Shown here: piece after piece, positions 37,345 to 45,944 of the stretch | How the letters are laid out: every line of letters begins with the position of its first letter | How positions within the stretch are numbered: position 1 is the stretch's first letter | Assembly (NCBI GenBank): GCA_045602215.1 | Contig: JAZSBE010000046.1 | Coordinates: forward strand, 1-50,961 | Direction of reading: 5' to 3' | Origin: Eubacteriales bacterium | Lineage (GTDB): Bacteria; Bacillota; Clostridia; Oscillospirales; CAG-272 | Length of the DNA: 50,961 bases | Made by a program: the position numbers and the translations under genes | Notes under the pieces: generated by a model | Told to the model about the DNA's origin: nothing | What the model saw: only the letters and a program-made list of their open reading frames with translations | Database searches by the model: none

Positions 37345-39429
37345 TTACTTCGCTGCCGCGAGATGTTCCTCGTCCTTTTGCATGACCTGCTTCATTTGCT
37401 CGGCGTAGGCTGCTCCCTTGTTCTCGGATCCGTGCTTGCCGGCGGGCCGGTAGGTGGGGACGACCTCCGAGACCAGATCGCGGATGGTGTCCTCGCAGCC
37501 GTCGTAGGCGGCGGTCATCAGCATTTGCAGCTGTCCCAAAAATTCGTCTGTGTCAAAGGGAATGGGACGTCCGATGTGGATCAGCTGATTGGGAGTGGTT
37601 TTCATGCCTTCCTCGGACATGAGCTTTTCCTCATAGAGCTTTTCTCCCGGGCGCAGTCCCGTATAGGAGATCGGAATGTCCACGTCGGGACGCAAGCCCG
37701 AGAGGCGGATCAGATTTCTTGCAAGGGTATCGATCTTGACGGGGGAGCCCATGTCCAGCACGAAGATCTCGCCGCCGTCGGCGTAGGTTCCTGCCTGAAG
37801 CACGAGAGACGCTGCCTCGGGGATCGTCATGAAATAGCGGATGATGTCGGGGTGGGTGACGGTGACGGGGCCGCCCTTGGCGATCTGCTCCTTGAATCTC
37901 GGAATGACCGAGCCGTTGCTACCCAAAACGTTACCAAAGCGAACCGCAACGAACTCGGTTTGCGGTGCTTGGGAGGCGGTATTCATGCCCTGCATACTGC
38001 CGTAGGAGTCCTCGGTATGTACGTGGAGGGGAGAGAGGTCGCCTGCCTTGCCTTCTCTGATCTTCTTGTCAAAGGACTGAATGATCATTTCGCAAAGACG
38101 CTTGGACGCACCCATGATGTTGGTGGGGTTGACGGCCTTGTCGGTGGAGATGAGAACGAAACGCTTGCATCCGTTCATCATTGCCGCATAGGCGGTCTTG
38201 TAGGTGCCGACCGCATTGTTCTTGATGGATTCGCAGGGGCTGTCCTCCATCAGGGGAACGTGCTTATGCGCGGCGGCGTGATACACCACCTCGGGCTTGT
38301 ATTTTGCGAAGACCTGATTGATGCGCTTGCTGTCTCTGACCGAGCCGATCAGGACCTCCAGATTGAGGCTCGGGAACTTATCCTTGAGCTCCAGCCCGAT
38401 CGCATGGGCGTTGTTCTCGTAAATGTCGAAGATGATCAGCTGCTTGGGGTTATGCTGGGCGATCTGTCTGCAAAGCTCGCTTCCGATCGATCCACCGCCG
38501 CCCGTAACGAGAATCACCTTGTCGGTGATGAAGCGGTAGATCTCGTCCATGCTGACCTTGATAGGCTCGCGACCGAGCAGATCCTCCACCGCGACGTCCT
38601 TCAGGGAGCTGACCTTGACGTCAAGCGTCACCAGCTCGTACATACCGGGGAGGTTTTTGAGCTCGCAGGGCGTTTCCTTGCAGATGTCCAGAATGTCGCG
38701 TCTCTGGGCAGCCGTTGCGCTCGGGATCGCCAGATAGATCTTTTCGATCTTGTATTTTTCTACGTTGAGGAGAATGTCCTCTCTGCCGCCGACGATCGGT
38801 ACGCCGTCAATGAAGCGTCCCCACTTGTTGGTGTCGTCGTCAATGATGCAGCAGACGCGGTCGTTGACCTCCTTGGCGTTGTGCATATCTCGCAGGATCA
38901 TCTGTCCTGCCGAGCCTGCGCCGATCAGCATTACGCGGCGTGCCAGTGACTTTTCGATCGCTTTTGTGCGCTTGCGGCTTTCAAGGGTTGCGAATCTGTA
39001 AGCGAATCGAATGAACAGAATCGCCAAAAACTGAATCGCAATGCCCACGATGTAATAGGTGACGGGCATTTTGGAAAAGAGAGCGGAGATACCCACGGCG
39101 TGGAAGACGCCGAGGATCGCCGTGGCGACCGTAATCTTTTCCAGCTCGGTGAAGCTTGCGAACTTCCAAACGCTCTGGTAGAGGCGAAAGCCCCAGAACA
39201 CGAGAATCACCACGATCGCGTAGATCGGAGCGAATCTGATCCATGCGTTCAGGTTTTTCACGGGGATCGCCGAGAAGCGGCAGTCAAAGCGCAGCCAGAG
39301 GGCTGCAAAGTAAGAGCCTGCGCTGACCGCAATGTCGTATGCTATGAGAAACAGGGTCACAATGTGCCAGTGCTCGAACGGCACCGGTCGCTTGTTCTCC
39401 TGCGTTACCTTCGTTTTGTTATCCATCAT
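37345..39429 (-). CDS. Membrane-bound UDP-GlcNAc 4,6-dehydratase (CapD/PglF/EpsC family)
   Basis: N-terminal TM segments, IGAGSAG, VTGGGGSIGSELCRQ, HAAAHKHVP, STDKAVNPTNIMGASKR, RFGNVLGSNGSV, GLRPGEKLYEE. An alternative GTG start at 39507 also has an RBS. Confidence 0.93.
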   Translation of the reverse strand: MMDNKTKVTQENKRPVPFEHWHIVTLFLIAYDIAVSAGSYFAALWLRFDCRFSAIPVKNLNAWIRFAPIYAIVVILVFWGFRLYQSVWKFASFTELEKITVATAILGVFHAVGISALFSKMPVTYYIVGIAIQFLAILFIRFAYRFATLESRKRTKAIEKSLARRVMLIGAGSAGQMILRDMHNAKEVNDRVCCIIDDDTNKWGRFIDGVPIVGGREDILLNVEKYKIEKIYLAIPSATAAQRRDILDICKETPCELKNLPGMYELVTLDVKVSSLKDVAVEDLLGREPIKVSMDEIYRFITDKVILVTGGGGSIGSELCRQIAQHNPKQLIIFDIYENNAHAIGLELKDKFPSLNLEVLIGSVRDSKRINQVFAKYKPEVVYHAAAHKHVPLMEDSPCESIKNNAVGTYKTAYAAMMNGCKRFVLISTDKAVNPTNIMGASKRLCEMIIQSFDKKIREGKAGDLSPLHVHTEDSYGSMQGMNTASQAPQTEFVAVRFGNVLGSNGSVIPRFKEQIAKGGPVTVTHPDIIRYFMTIPEAASLVLQAGTYADGGEIFVLDMGSPVKIDTLARNLIRLSGLRPDVDIPISYTGLRPGEKLYEEKLMSEEGMKTTPNQLIHIGRPIPFDTDEFLGQLQMLMTAAYDGCEDTIRDLVSEVVPTYRPAGKHGSENKGAAYAEQMKQVMQKDEEHLAAAK

Positions 39430-39561
39430 TCTCTCTCCTGTCTTTTTCTTCGTCAAGGGGAAGTGTATCGGTTTTGCTTTTCGGGAAGACCGACGCTGAT
39501 TTCTCACTGCTCGTCCTTTCCAAAAACGCGTTTTTATATCTTAATATAGACATACATATAC

Positions 39562-39590
39562 ATTATATCACTCAATCGCGATAATGTCAA
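39562..39590 (-). promoter_or_regulatory. sigmaA promoter of the polysaccharide operon
   Basis: Minus strand TTGACA-17-TATAAT with TG extension. Confidence 0.8.
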
Positions 39591-39655
39591 CTCTTTCGAC
39601 AAAATTTTATGTATTCCTTTGCTTGGAATGAGAGGGGATTTGCGGCGGAAATCAA

Positions 39656-39702
39656 GAAAAGATGCGAGCCCGACGCATCTGCGGTCGGACTCGCATCTTT
39701 TC
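39656..39702 (-). terminator. Intrinsic terminator after nrnA
   Basis: GAAAAGATGCGAG...CTCGCATCTTTTC. Confidence 0.7.
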
Positions 39703-39743
39703 CTTTGTATTTCGTTGGGCTTTTTTAACCCGTATTTGCGTTT

Positions 39744-40724
39744 TTACAGCCAATCCTTGTGCGTTGACTTGTACTCGCAGAGGATCTTGTCTGCCTCCTG
39801 CAGCAGCGCGCGCGCTTCGCGTTTGCTGTAGACGGTAGCCCCCGATGCGCAGGCGTGACCGCCTCCCCGGTAGCGCTCGGCAAGCTCGTTGATGGCGACC
39901 AGACGGGAGCGCAGACGCACGCGGATCGAACCGTCGTCCGCCTCGAGGAAGGCGATCCAGACAAGGCTGTCTCGAATGGAATCCATGCAGTTGACAGACT
40001 CGCCCGCCTGCTCCATGGTGATTCCCAGTCGGCGGCGCATGGATTTGCTGACGGAAAGATACGCTACTCCATTCTCGGTGCGCTTGATGCGACGGAGGAT
40101 CTTGGCGCGGAAGCGGATCTCGTCAAAATGATCGAGATAGAGGCTCGAATAGATCCGCTCGGTGTCCACGCCGATATCCAAAAGCATTCCTGCCAGCCGC
40201 AGGGTGTCGCCCGACACCGAAGAGAAGCGGAAGCGACCCGAATCGGTCACCATGCCGGTGTAAAGATAGAACGCCGCCGCTTGGTTGATCTTCAATTCGT
40301 CTCGGAAGGCGTGGTAAAATTCCGCGATCATCTCACACGCGGAGGATCTCTTCTCCTCCACCCAGGAAAGGTCACCGTAGGGCTCCTTTTCAATGTGGTG
40401 GTCGATCTTGATGAGCTCGCGGCAGAGGGTATACTTGGGATTTGCGATGCGATCGAGAATGGCGGTGTCGATAATAATGCCGAGCGCGCTCTTGTAAAAT
40501 TCATCCTCGCGCGGCTCGTCCTCCCCGCCCAGAAACGCCACGCGGTCGGATTGATCGTCACCCAGAACGACGACCTCCTTTTCGGGGTAGGTCAAGCGAA
40601 GGATCTCGCGAAGTCCCTTGGTTGCGCCGACGGCGTCTCCGTCCGGTCTTTGATGGCGAAAGATGATGATGCGGTCGTATTCCCGAATCTTGTCGAGGAT
40701 CGCCCTCATGCGTTCGATGTTCAT
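39744..40724 (-). CDS. nrnA: DHH/DHHA1 bifunctional oligoribonuclease/pAp phosphatase
   Basis: HQRPDGDA, IIDT, IDHH, TDSGRF, RLRS, GGGHACASG; AGGAGG RBS before MNIER. Confidence 0.88.
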   Translation of the reverse strand: MNIERMRAILDKIREYDRIIIFRHQRPDGDAVGATKGLREILRLTYPEKEVVVLGDDQSDRVAFLGGEDEPREDEFYKSALGIIIDTAILDRIANPKYTLCRELIKIDHHIEKEPYGDLSWVEEKRSSACEMIAEFYHAFRDELKINQAAAFYLYTGMVTDSGRFRFSSVSGDTLRLAGMLLDIGVDTERIYSSLYLDHFDEIRFRAKILRRIKRTENGVAYLSVSKSMRRRLGITMEQAGESVNCMDSIRDSLVWIAFLEADDGSIRVRLRSRLVAINELAERYRGGGHACASGATVYSKREARALLQEADKILCEYKSTHKDWL

Positions 40725-40885
40725 GCCTGTCCCTCCTCTTGCGTGCGTGGAGCCGTCGAGCCAAGAGCGGCTCGCGCGGTATCTTCCCCTATTGTACCAC
40801 ACATTCTCCGATTTTGCAATCATTTTTTTGGAATTGCATGATTTTCTCAAATTGGGGGAGATACGGTGCGAAATGAGAATTTTTC

Positions 40886-40914
40886 TTGCAAAACGATGGG
40901 GCGCGTGCTATAAT
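40886..40914 (+). promoter_or_regulatory. sigmaA promoter (extended -10)
   Basis: TTGCAA-17-TATAAT with TG. Confidence 0.7.
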
Positions 40915-40945
40915 GGAAATATCAAGTAAGCAAGGAGATCTGAAC

Positions 40946-42325
40946 ATGGATCAAAAACAGTTTCTGATAACCGATTTCGGCGCGGTGAGCGGGGTGGAAG
41001 CGCCTCAGACCGACGCCATTCAAAGGGCGCTGGACGCCTGCTTTCTGGCAGGGGGCGGCGAGGTGATCGTTCCTGCGGGTCAAAGCTTTGTCACGGGTGA
41101 CATTCGCATTCGCAGCAACACCACGCTTCACCTCATGGAGAACGCCGCGCTGCTGGGAAGCCGTGATCCTGCCGATTATCTGCATATCCACAGCGACCCG
41201 CTCGAGCCACTGCCCGAGGAGCAGAACACCCGCGTGCTTTGGTACACGCCAAAGGAATGGGCGGCGATGGGGGGCGGCTTTAAGAAGCACCTCTACACGG
41301 CGGGAAGCCATTGGAGCTACGGACTGATCCGCGCGGTCTACGCCGAGAATATTGCGGTCATCGGAGAGACGGGCTCCCGCATTGACGGGCGCAACCCTTA
41401 CGACCCCGACGGAGAGGAAAAATACCGCGGCCCTCACGGCATCAATATGCATTTCTGTAAAGGTATAACCTTCCGCGGCTACACCCTTGAGAACGCAGGC
41501 AACTGGGCGCACGCCATTTTTCAGTCCGAGGACGTCACCTTTGACTCCTTGACCGTTCTGGCAGGACACGACGCGCTTCACACCCGCGCCTGCTCGAACG
41601 TCCTGATGACCGACTGCAAGCTCATCACGGGGGACGATTGCGTGGCGGGCTTTGACAATCTGGACGTGGTGATCCGCAACTGTGAGATGAGCTCGGCGTG
41701 CTCCGCCTTCCGCTACGGCGGCAACAACATTCTGGTGGAAAACTGCACCGTCTGGGGACCCTGTCCCTATCAATTCCGCGGATCCTTCACCCGTGAGGAG
41801 AGGATTGCGGGCGCGATGGTGTCCGAGCGGGGACGGAACAACCTGCTCAGCTTCTGGACCAACTTCGTGACTGACGATCTGCCCGTACGCAAACCCGCAG
41901 GCAAGGTGCTCATCCGCAACTGCACCGTGAAAAATGCAGACCGTATGCTGCATTTGAACCTGTCGGGCAACGAATCCTGGCAGAGAGGCACGCCTCCCAC
42001 CGACATCACCTTTGAGAATATCCGCGCAGAGGGGATCCTGATGGGTCTGACCGCCTACGGGATCGAAAATTCTCCCATGGAGATCACCCTTCGCAACGTG
42101 GACTACTCCTGTCGCGAGGGCGGAGAGGAGAGCCCGATGTTCCGCGTGGCGCACTGCGACGCGATCAACCTTGAGAACGTCCGTGTCACGGGCTTTGGCG
42201 GCGACGCCTTGATCCGCGCGTGGAGCGACGGCGTGAAGGTCAACACCGAGAATTTTGAATGTGACCTTGGAGACGCCGACCTGATCGTGCGCGCCGACGA
42301 GGAGTTCGTCTGCAAGCCGATCTAA
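40946..42325 (+). CDS. GH28-like right-handed beta-helix glycoside hydrolase, no signal peptide
   Basis: ITDFGAV..T.AIQRALD..GGGEVIVPAG, G.I.IRSNTTLHL, HDALH, TGDDCVA; AAGGAG RBS. Confidence 0.78.
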   Translation: MDQKQFLITDFGAVSGVEAPQTDAIQRALDACFLAGGGEVIVPAGQSFVTGDIRIRSNTTLHLMENAALLGSRDPADYLHIHSDPLEPLPEEQNTRVLWYTPKEWAAMGGGFKKHLYTAGSHWSYGLIRAVYAENIAVIGETGSRIDGRNPYDPDGEEKYRGPHGINMHFCKGITFRGYTLENAGNWAHAIFQSEDVTFDSLTVLAGHDALHTRACSNVLMTDCKLITGDDCVAGFDNLDVVIRNCEMSSACSAFRYGGNNILVENCTVWGPCPYQFRGSFTREERIAGAMVSERGRNNLLSFWTNFVTDDLPVRKPAGKVLIRNCTVKNADRMLHLNLSGNESWQRGTPPTDITFENIRAEGILMGLTAYGIENSPMEITLRNVDYSCREGGEESPMFRVAHCDAINLENVRVTGFGGDALIRAWSDGVKVNTENFECDLGDADLIVRADEEFVCKPI

Positions 42326-42375
42326 TTGGAAAATAAATCTCATTCAAAAATGACAGTTTGTTGAATCGTGCAAAC

Positions 42376-42526
42376 TCCTTAGCCGCTTTTTCTTTGACGA
42401 TGTAGGCGCAAAGAAAAAGCTCGCAAAAAGAAAACGCCGTATAGGGAATTTCGCCCTCTGCGGAGGGCGAGGAGGGCGTTGCCCCTCCACCCCACAAACT
42501 TTTGAAAAAGTTTGATCAAAACTTTT
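42376..42526. repeat. Dispersed structured intergenic repeat, copy 3
   Basis: Homologous to 5966-6115 and 1790-1977. Confidence 0.9.
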
Positions 42527-42559
42527 CACAAAGGAGACAGTGCGAATCTCTTTGGCGTC

Positions 42560-42607
42560 AAAAGCCCCCCCGTGGTTTGCTGTTTTGCAAGCCACGGGGG
42601 GTCTTTT
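42560..42607. terminator. Intrinsic terminator of the FNT gene
   Basis: AAAAG-CCCCCCGTGGTTTGC / GCAAGCCACGGGGGG-TCTTTT. Confidence 0.7.
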
Positions 42608-42609
42608 CG

Positions 42610-43302
42610 TTATTTTGCCTCTGCCTGCTCCGACCAGCTTCGGAAGATGGAGAGAATGGGCAGGATCACGCCGCCGATGATGTTTCCCACCACGCATATC
42701 AAGAGATACGCGACCGCCTTGGGGGTGAACCCAAGGAAGAAAAAGTAGAGGGTGTTTGCTACCGAGTGGTCAAATCCGCAGAAGGCGAAGACCACGATGG
42801 GGAACATGACGCCAACGGTCGTGGAGAGATTCTTTTTGGGCGCGGTCTTGACCGATCCCACCGAGAGGGTGATGAGAAATCCGCAGAGAATGGAGGAGCA
42901 GAGAGCCTTGACGCCCCACAGGTCTGCGTCAAGCTTTGCCGCGATGATGCTCCGCCCCACCGGAACGACCGTGTCGGCGATGGGGGAATAGGTGACCAGC
43001 AGTGCCGTGAGGATCACGCCGATCATATTGAAAAGAAAGCAAACGGGAAGCTTCCAGTAGCTCTTGGGCGCCATTTCGGGGATCTTGGAGATCATGCCCG
43101 TGAAGAGCTTCATCTCAAACATCACGATGCAGAGGATGCCAAGAGAGAACAGTCCCGATCCGATGAGCTTGCCCCACGCGCCGTAAAGGTTGATCGCCAA
43201 AAGGGATGCGGTGCCTCCCACGCCGATCATCACGCCCGAGCAGAATGCCATGAGGCAGAAGGAGACGATCTGCGCTTTCGTCAGTTTTCGATAGGGTTTC
43301 AT
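42610..43302 (-). CDS. Formate/nitrite transporter (FNT) family protein
   Basis: GVMIGVGG, LFSLG, KLFTG, LFNMIG, SILCGFL, FAFCGFDHSVAN, GNIIGG. Confidence 0.88.
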   Translation of the reverse strand: MKPYRKLTKAQIVSFCLMAFCSGVMIGVGGTASLLAINLYGAWGKLIGSGLFSLGILCIVMFEMKLFTGMISKIPEMAPKSYWKLPVCFLFNMIGVILTALLVTYSPIADTVVPVGRSIIAAKLDADLWGVKALCSSILCGFLITLSVGSVKTAPKKNLSTTVGVMFPIVVFAFCGFDHSVANTLYFFFLGFTPKAVAYLLICVVGNIIGGVILPILSIFRSWSEQAEAK

Positions 43303-43420
43303 TGATGTACCACCTTGTGTCCGTCGTTGTCGGTCGCATAGACCCCTATGATTATAATGCAAGCCGCCTCAAAAATCAAGATGTTTCGCTAAAATTCTCT
43401 GAAATGATGGGCGCGTGGTA

Positions 43421-43798
43421 TCAAAGCTCGACCGCTTTTGGGGGATCGAGGTAGTATTTTTCGGAGTTTTCCTCGGTGGTGTTGTGATTTTCCACGATCA
43501 ATACGCGCGCGTCGGGAGAGTAGACGATGCCGTGCCAGACTGCGCGGCGGACGTTGTAGATCTTGAACTTCTCCATCTTGTGCTCCTCCTGCTCCTCGCC
43601 CACCACGAGGGTCGCCTTGCCCTCGAGCAGCACGAAGACCTCGTCGGTCTCCAGATGACGCTCGTATTTGTTGAGCTTCTCCAGCTCGTCGGCGTAGTTC
43701 ATGAACGCCACGCGCCACGCGCCGTAGTTCATGGTCGCGTCGTACCCTTCGCCCGTGTAATCGTAAATTTCAATGTTGTTATTTTCAAAAAGTTTCAT
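43421..43798 (-). CDS. Cupin-fold protein
   Basis: ERHLETDEVFVLLEG...YNVRRAVWH...LIVEN cupin motifs; AGGAG RBS; TTGACA-17-TATAAT at 43857-43829. Confidence 0.75.
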   Translation of the reverse strand: MKLFENNNIEIYDYTGEGYDATMNYGAWRVAFMNYADELEKLNKYERHLETDEVFVLLEGKATLVVGEEQEEHKMEKFKIYNVRRAVWHGIVYSPDARVLIVENHNTTEENSEKYYLDPPKAVEL

Positions 43799-43886
43799 TT
43801 TCTTCTCCTTTTTTGGGGTAATATCTCTATTATAACAAAGGGAAGGGGAGATGTCAAGAGGGAGGGCCAAACGGTAGGCAAGATCG

Positions 43887-44015
43887 AAAAAGCCTCCCCT
43901 GTGTAAAGGGAGGTGCCGAGGAACGAGGCGAAGGGGTTGTGTGATGCTTGGAACTTTTTGAGAAACAACCCCTCACCGCCTTTGGCGGAGCTCCCCTTGC
44001 ACAGGGGAGCCTTTT
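43887..44015. repeat. Inverted doublet of ~48-bp palindromic REP-like units (REPIN-like)
   Basis: GCCTCCCCTGTGTAAAGGGAGG...GGGGTTGT (43892-43940) faces ACAACCCC...CTCCCCTTGCACAGGGGAGCC (43964-44011). Confidence 0.65.
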
Positions 44016-44113
44016 GTAGCTACTCGTTTATGTGGGCAGTGCGTGTGATGCGATAATATGATTCAGTCTCTCCCTTTTTAGAGGTTAAGACTGTAATTGA
44101 TCCTTGCAGTCCT

Positions 44114-44359
44114 TTATTCGGTCGCGTCCGCCACCGCCTGCAAAATCGCCCCCGTGCGTCGGAGGACCTTCCCCGTTCGCTTGGCGGCGCGGAGCATTTT
44201 TGCCTGACGGCTGTTCCACATCAGATAAGCTCCTGTTCCCACCAGCGCGGCTCCTGCCATCACCCCTGCCGCGATCCACGCGCCCTTGGAGCGCGCCGCC
44301 GTTTGAACGGTCTTTCTCATCATTCCACCCGCCTCGTTTGCAATGTTCGTGTAATCCAT
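44114..44359 (-). CDS. Small basic protein with one hydrophobic helix
   Basis: 81 aa, AAGGA RBS (alternative start 44323); preceded by a SigG-like promoter. Confidence 0.55.
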   Translation of the reverse strand: MDYTNIANEAGGMMRKTVQTAARSKGAWIAAGVMAGAALVGTGAYLMWNSRQAKMLRAAKRTGKVLRRTGAILQAVADATE

Positions 44360-44407
44360 GCTTTTTTCATCCTTTCCCCGATGGAGGCGTCCTACCTCCC
44401 GTGACGT

Positions 44408-44436
44408 TAGTATGGATCACACGCCCCGATTTATTC
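44408..44436 (-). promoter_or_regulatory. Possible forespore sigmaG-type promoter
   Basis: GAATA-N17-CATACTA on the minus strand. Confidence 0.4.
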
Positions 44437-44823
44437 GATGTCCTTTGGAAGTGTGATGCGTTTTTCGCGCAGCAGCACCGCGCCCACCGTCAAAAGTCCG
44501 CGACGGTGGATGCGGTATCCCGTCCGCCGCGAGACGCCGAGCAGATCCGACGCGCGCTCGATGCTCTCCCCGCGTATGTAATGATAATATAGGATCAGCT
44601 TCTCTCTGCCGTTTCGCAGAGAGGCGATCAGATGCTCGATCTCAAACAGCCGCGCGCGCCAGAACGCCTCGTTCCCCTCGAGGATGTCCTCGCCGCTAAA
44701 CTCCTCCCCAAACGGTTTTTTGCGGCGTCGCTCGTAGCGGCGCAGATTGAGCATATCCAGACATAGCTGATAGCCGCACAAATATTCTCTCCCCGCTTCA
44801 CTCAAAAACGTTTCCTGATCCAT
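44431..44823 (-). CDS. DUF1492/ArpU/RinA-like transcriptional regulator (sigma70 region-4-like HTH)
   Basis: EYLCGY..., REKLILYYHYIRGESIERASDLLGVSRRTGYRIHRRGL; AAAGGAGG RBS before MDQET. Confidence 0.7.
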   Translation of the reverse strand: MDQETFLSEAGREYLCGYQLCLDMLNLRRYERRRKKPFGEEFSGEDILEGNEAFWRARLFEIEHLIASLRNGREKLILYYHYIRGESIERASDLLGVSRRTGYRIHRRGLLTVGAVLLREKRITLPKDIE

Positions 44824-44852
44824 CTTTTTACCTCCTTTTCTTTCATTGTATC

Positions 44853-45101
44853 TTACAGCACGAATTGATGCGAAAGCCCGATCATACGGTAGACGCTTTG
44901 TACGCTGGTTTCGCAAATCCGAACTAAATCCTCGAGGTCTGCACTCTCCACACATTCCTCGCAATACGGCTTTCCGTCGGCCTCATAAAATCCCTCGCCT
45001 CCCACGAGAACCTGACCGCAGGAACGGCATTTCACTGCGAATTCATCGCTTTCTTGCTCCAAAAAGCTGTGAATGTCAAAATAACCATCTTTTTTCGACA
45101 T
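44853..45101 (-). CDS. Small Cys-rich (CxxC...CxxC) putative zinc-binding protein
   Basis: CRSCG...YCEEC; AAGGAGG RBS. Confidence 0.7.
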   Translation of the reverse strand: MSKKDGYFDIHSFLEQESDEFAVKCRSCGQVLVGGEGFYEADGKPYCEECVESADLEDLVRICETSVQSVYRMIGLSHQFVL

Positions 45102-45128
45102 TTTTTAACCTCCTTTTCTGAAAAACTG

Positions 45129-45215
45129 TTGACATCTCTTTCAAAATGGTTTATAATGATTCTGTATCATGATTATAACGCATTTCCGAACTATTGTCAA
45201 TATATATTTCGGAAA
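45129..45215. promoter_or_regulatory. Face-to-face sigmaA promoters and candidate repressor operator
   Basis: Plus: TTGACA 45129-34, 17 bp, TATAAT 45152-57. Minus: TTGACA 45200-195, 17 bp, TATAAT 45177-72. Inverted repeat TTTCCGAA-N17-TTCGGAAA at 45183-45215. Confidence 0.75.
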
Positions 45216-45299
45216 ATCGTAATATTTGGCGATTTGAATAAAGAATAACTGGAAATTTTATGCAAATAAGTCAGATATGCGAGAAAAGGAGAGAGGAAC

Positions 45300-45926
45300 A
45301 TGGAATTTTCGCAGTTTGAGAAGCTTTTGCGCTCGCACGGCGTGACCGTCTATCAGGTGGCAAAGGCAACGGGCATCGCGGCGTCCACCTTTTCGGATTG
45401 GAAGAACGGACGCTCCACCCCCAAGGCAGACAAGCTGGCTCGCATTGCCGAGTTCTTTTCGGTGAGCCTTGACGAGCTTTTGGGGACCGATCTGGGACTG
45501 CGAAGTGCCGAGACCTCCTACCGCAGTCTGCGCGCGAGCAAGATGGTGCCCGTGATCGGCGTCATTCGAGCGGGCTCTCCCATCGTGACCAACGAGACGA
45601 TGCTCGGCAGGGAGTTTGCCGACGTGGAGGACGTGGAGGATTACTTCTATCTCGAGGTCTGCGGGGACAGTATGAAGGATTGCGGCATCGTCAACGGCAC
45701 CTACGTCCTTTTCCGCAAGCAGCAGTACGCCCAGAACGGCGACATCGTGGCGTGCTTGGTGGACGGCGAGAGCGCGACGGTCAAGCGGTTTGAAAAGCGC
45801 AATCACCGCATCATTCTCTCTCCCGAGAACGACGCCTACGATCCCATCGTGCTCATGCCCGAGGATTTTGAGATGGGACGCTCCCGCATCCTTGGCGTTG
45901 CGATCGAGGCGAAGACGAAATTCTGA
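45300..45926 (+). CDS. XRE-HTH plus S24 peptidase repressor (CI/LexA-like, autocleaving)
   Basis: HTH YQVAKATGIAASTFSDWKNG; VIRAG cleavage site, GDSM serine, TVKRF lysine. Confidence 0.9.
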   Translation: MEFSQFEKLLRSHGVTVYQVAKATGIAASTFSDWKNGRSTPKADKLARIAEFFSVSLDELLGTDLGLRSAETSYRSLRASKMVPVIGVIRAGSPIVTNETMLGREFADVEDVEDYFYLEVCGDSMKDCGIVNGTYVLFRKQQYAQNGDIVACLVDGESATVKRFEKRNHRIILSPENDAYDPIVLMPEDFEMGRSRILGVAIEAKTKF

Positions 45927-45944
45927 AGGCGGGAGAGATAAGAT

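Noticed and set aside
13376-39600. Integrative island starting at tRNA-Trp
   Set aside because: No integrase and no distal att copy seen; the only tRNA-end duplicates lie within 400 bp.
45300-45926. Calling the repressor canonical lexA, or the region a prophage
   Set aside because: The DNA-binding domain is XRE-type rather than the LexA winged helix, no Firmicute SOS box (GAAC-N4-GTTC) is seen upstream, and no phage structural or integration genes are present.
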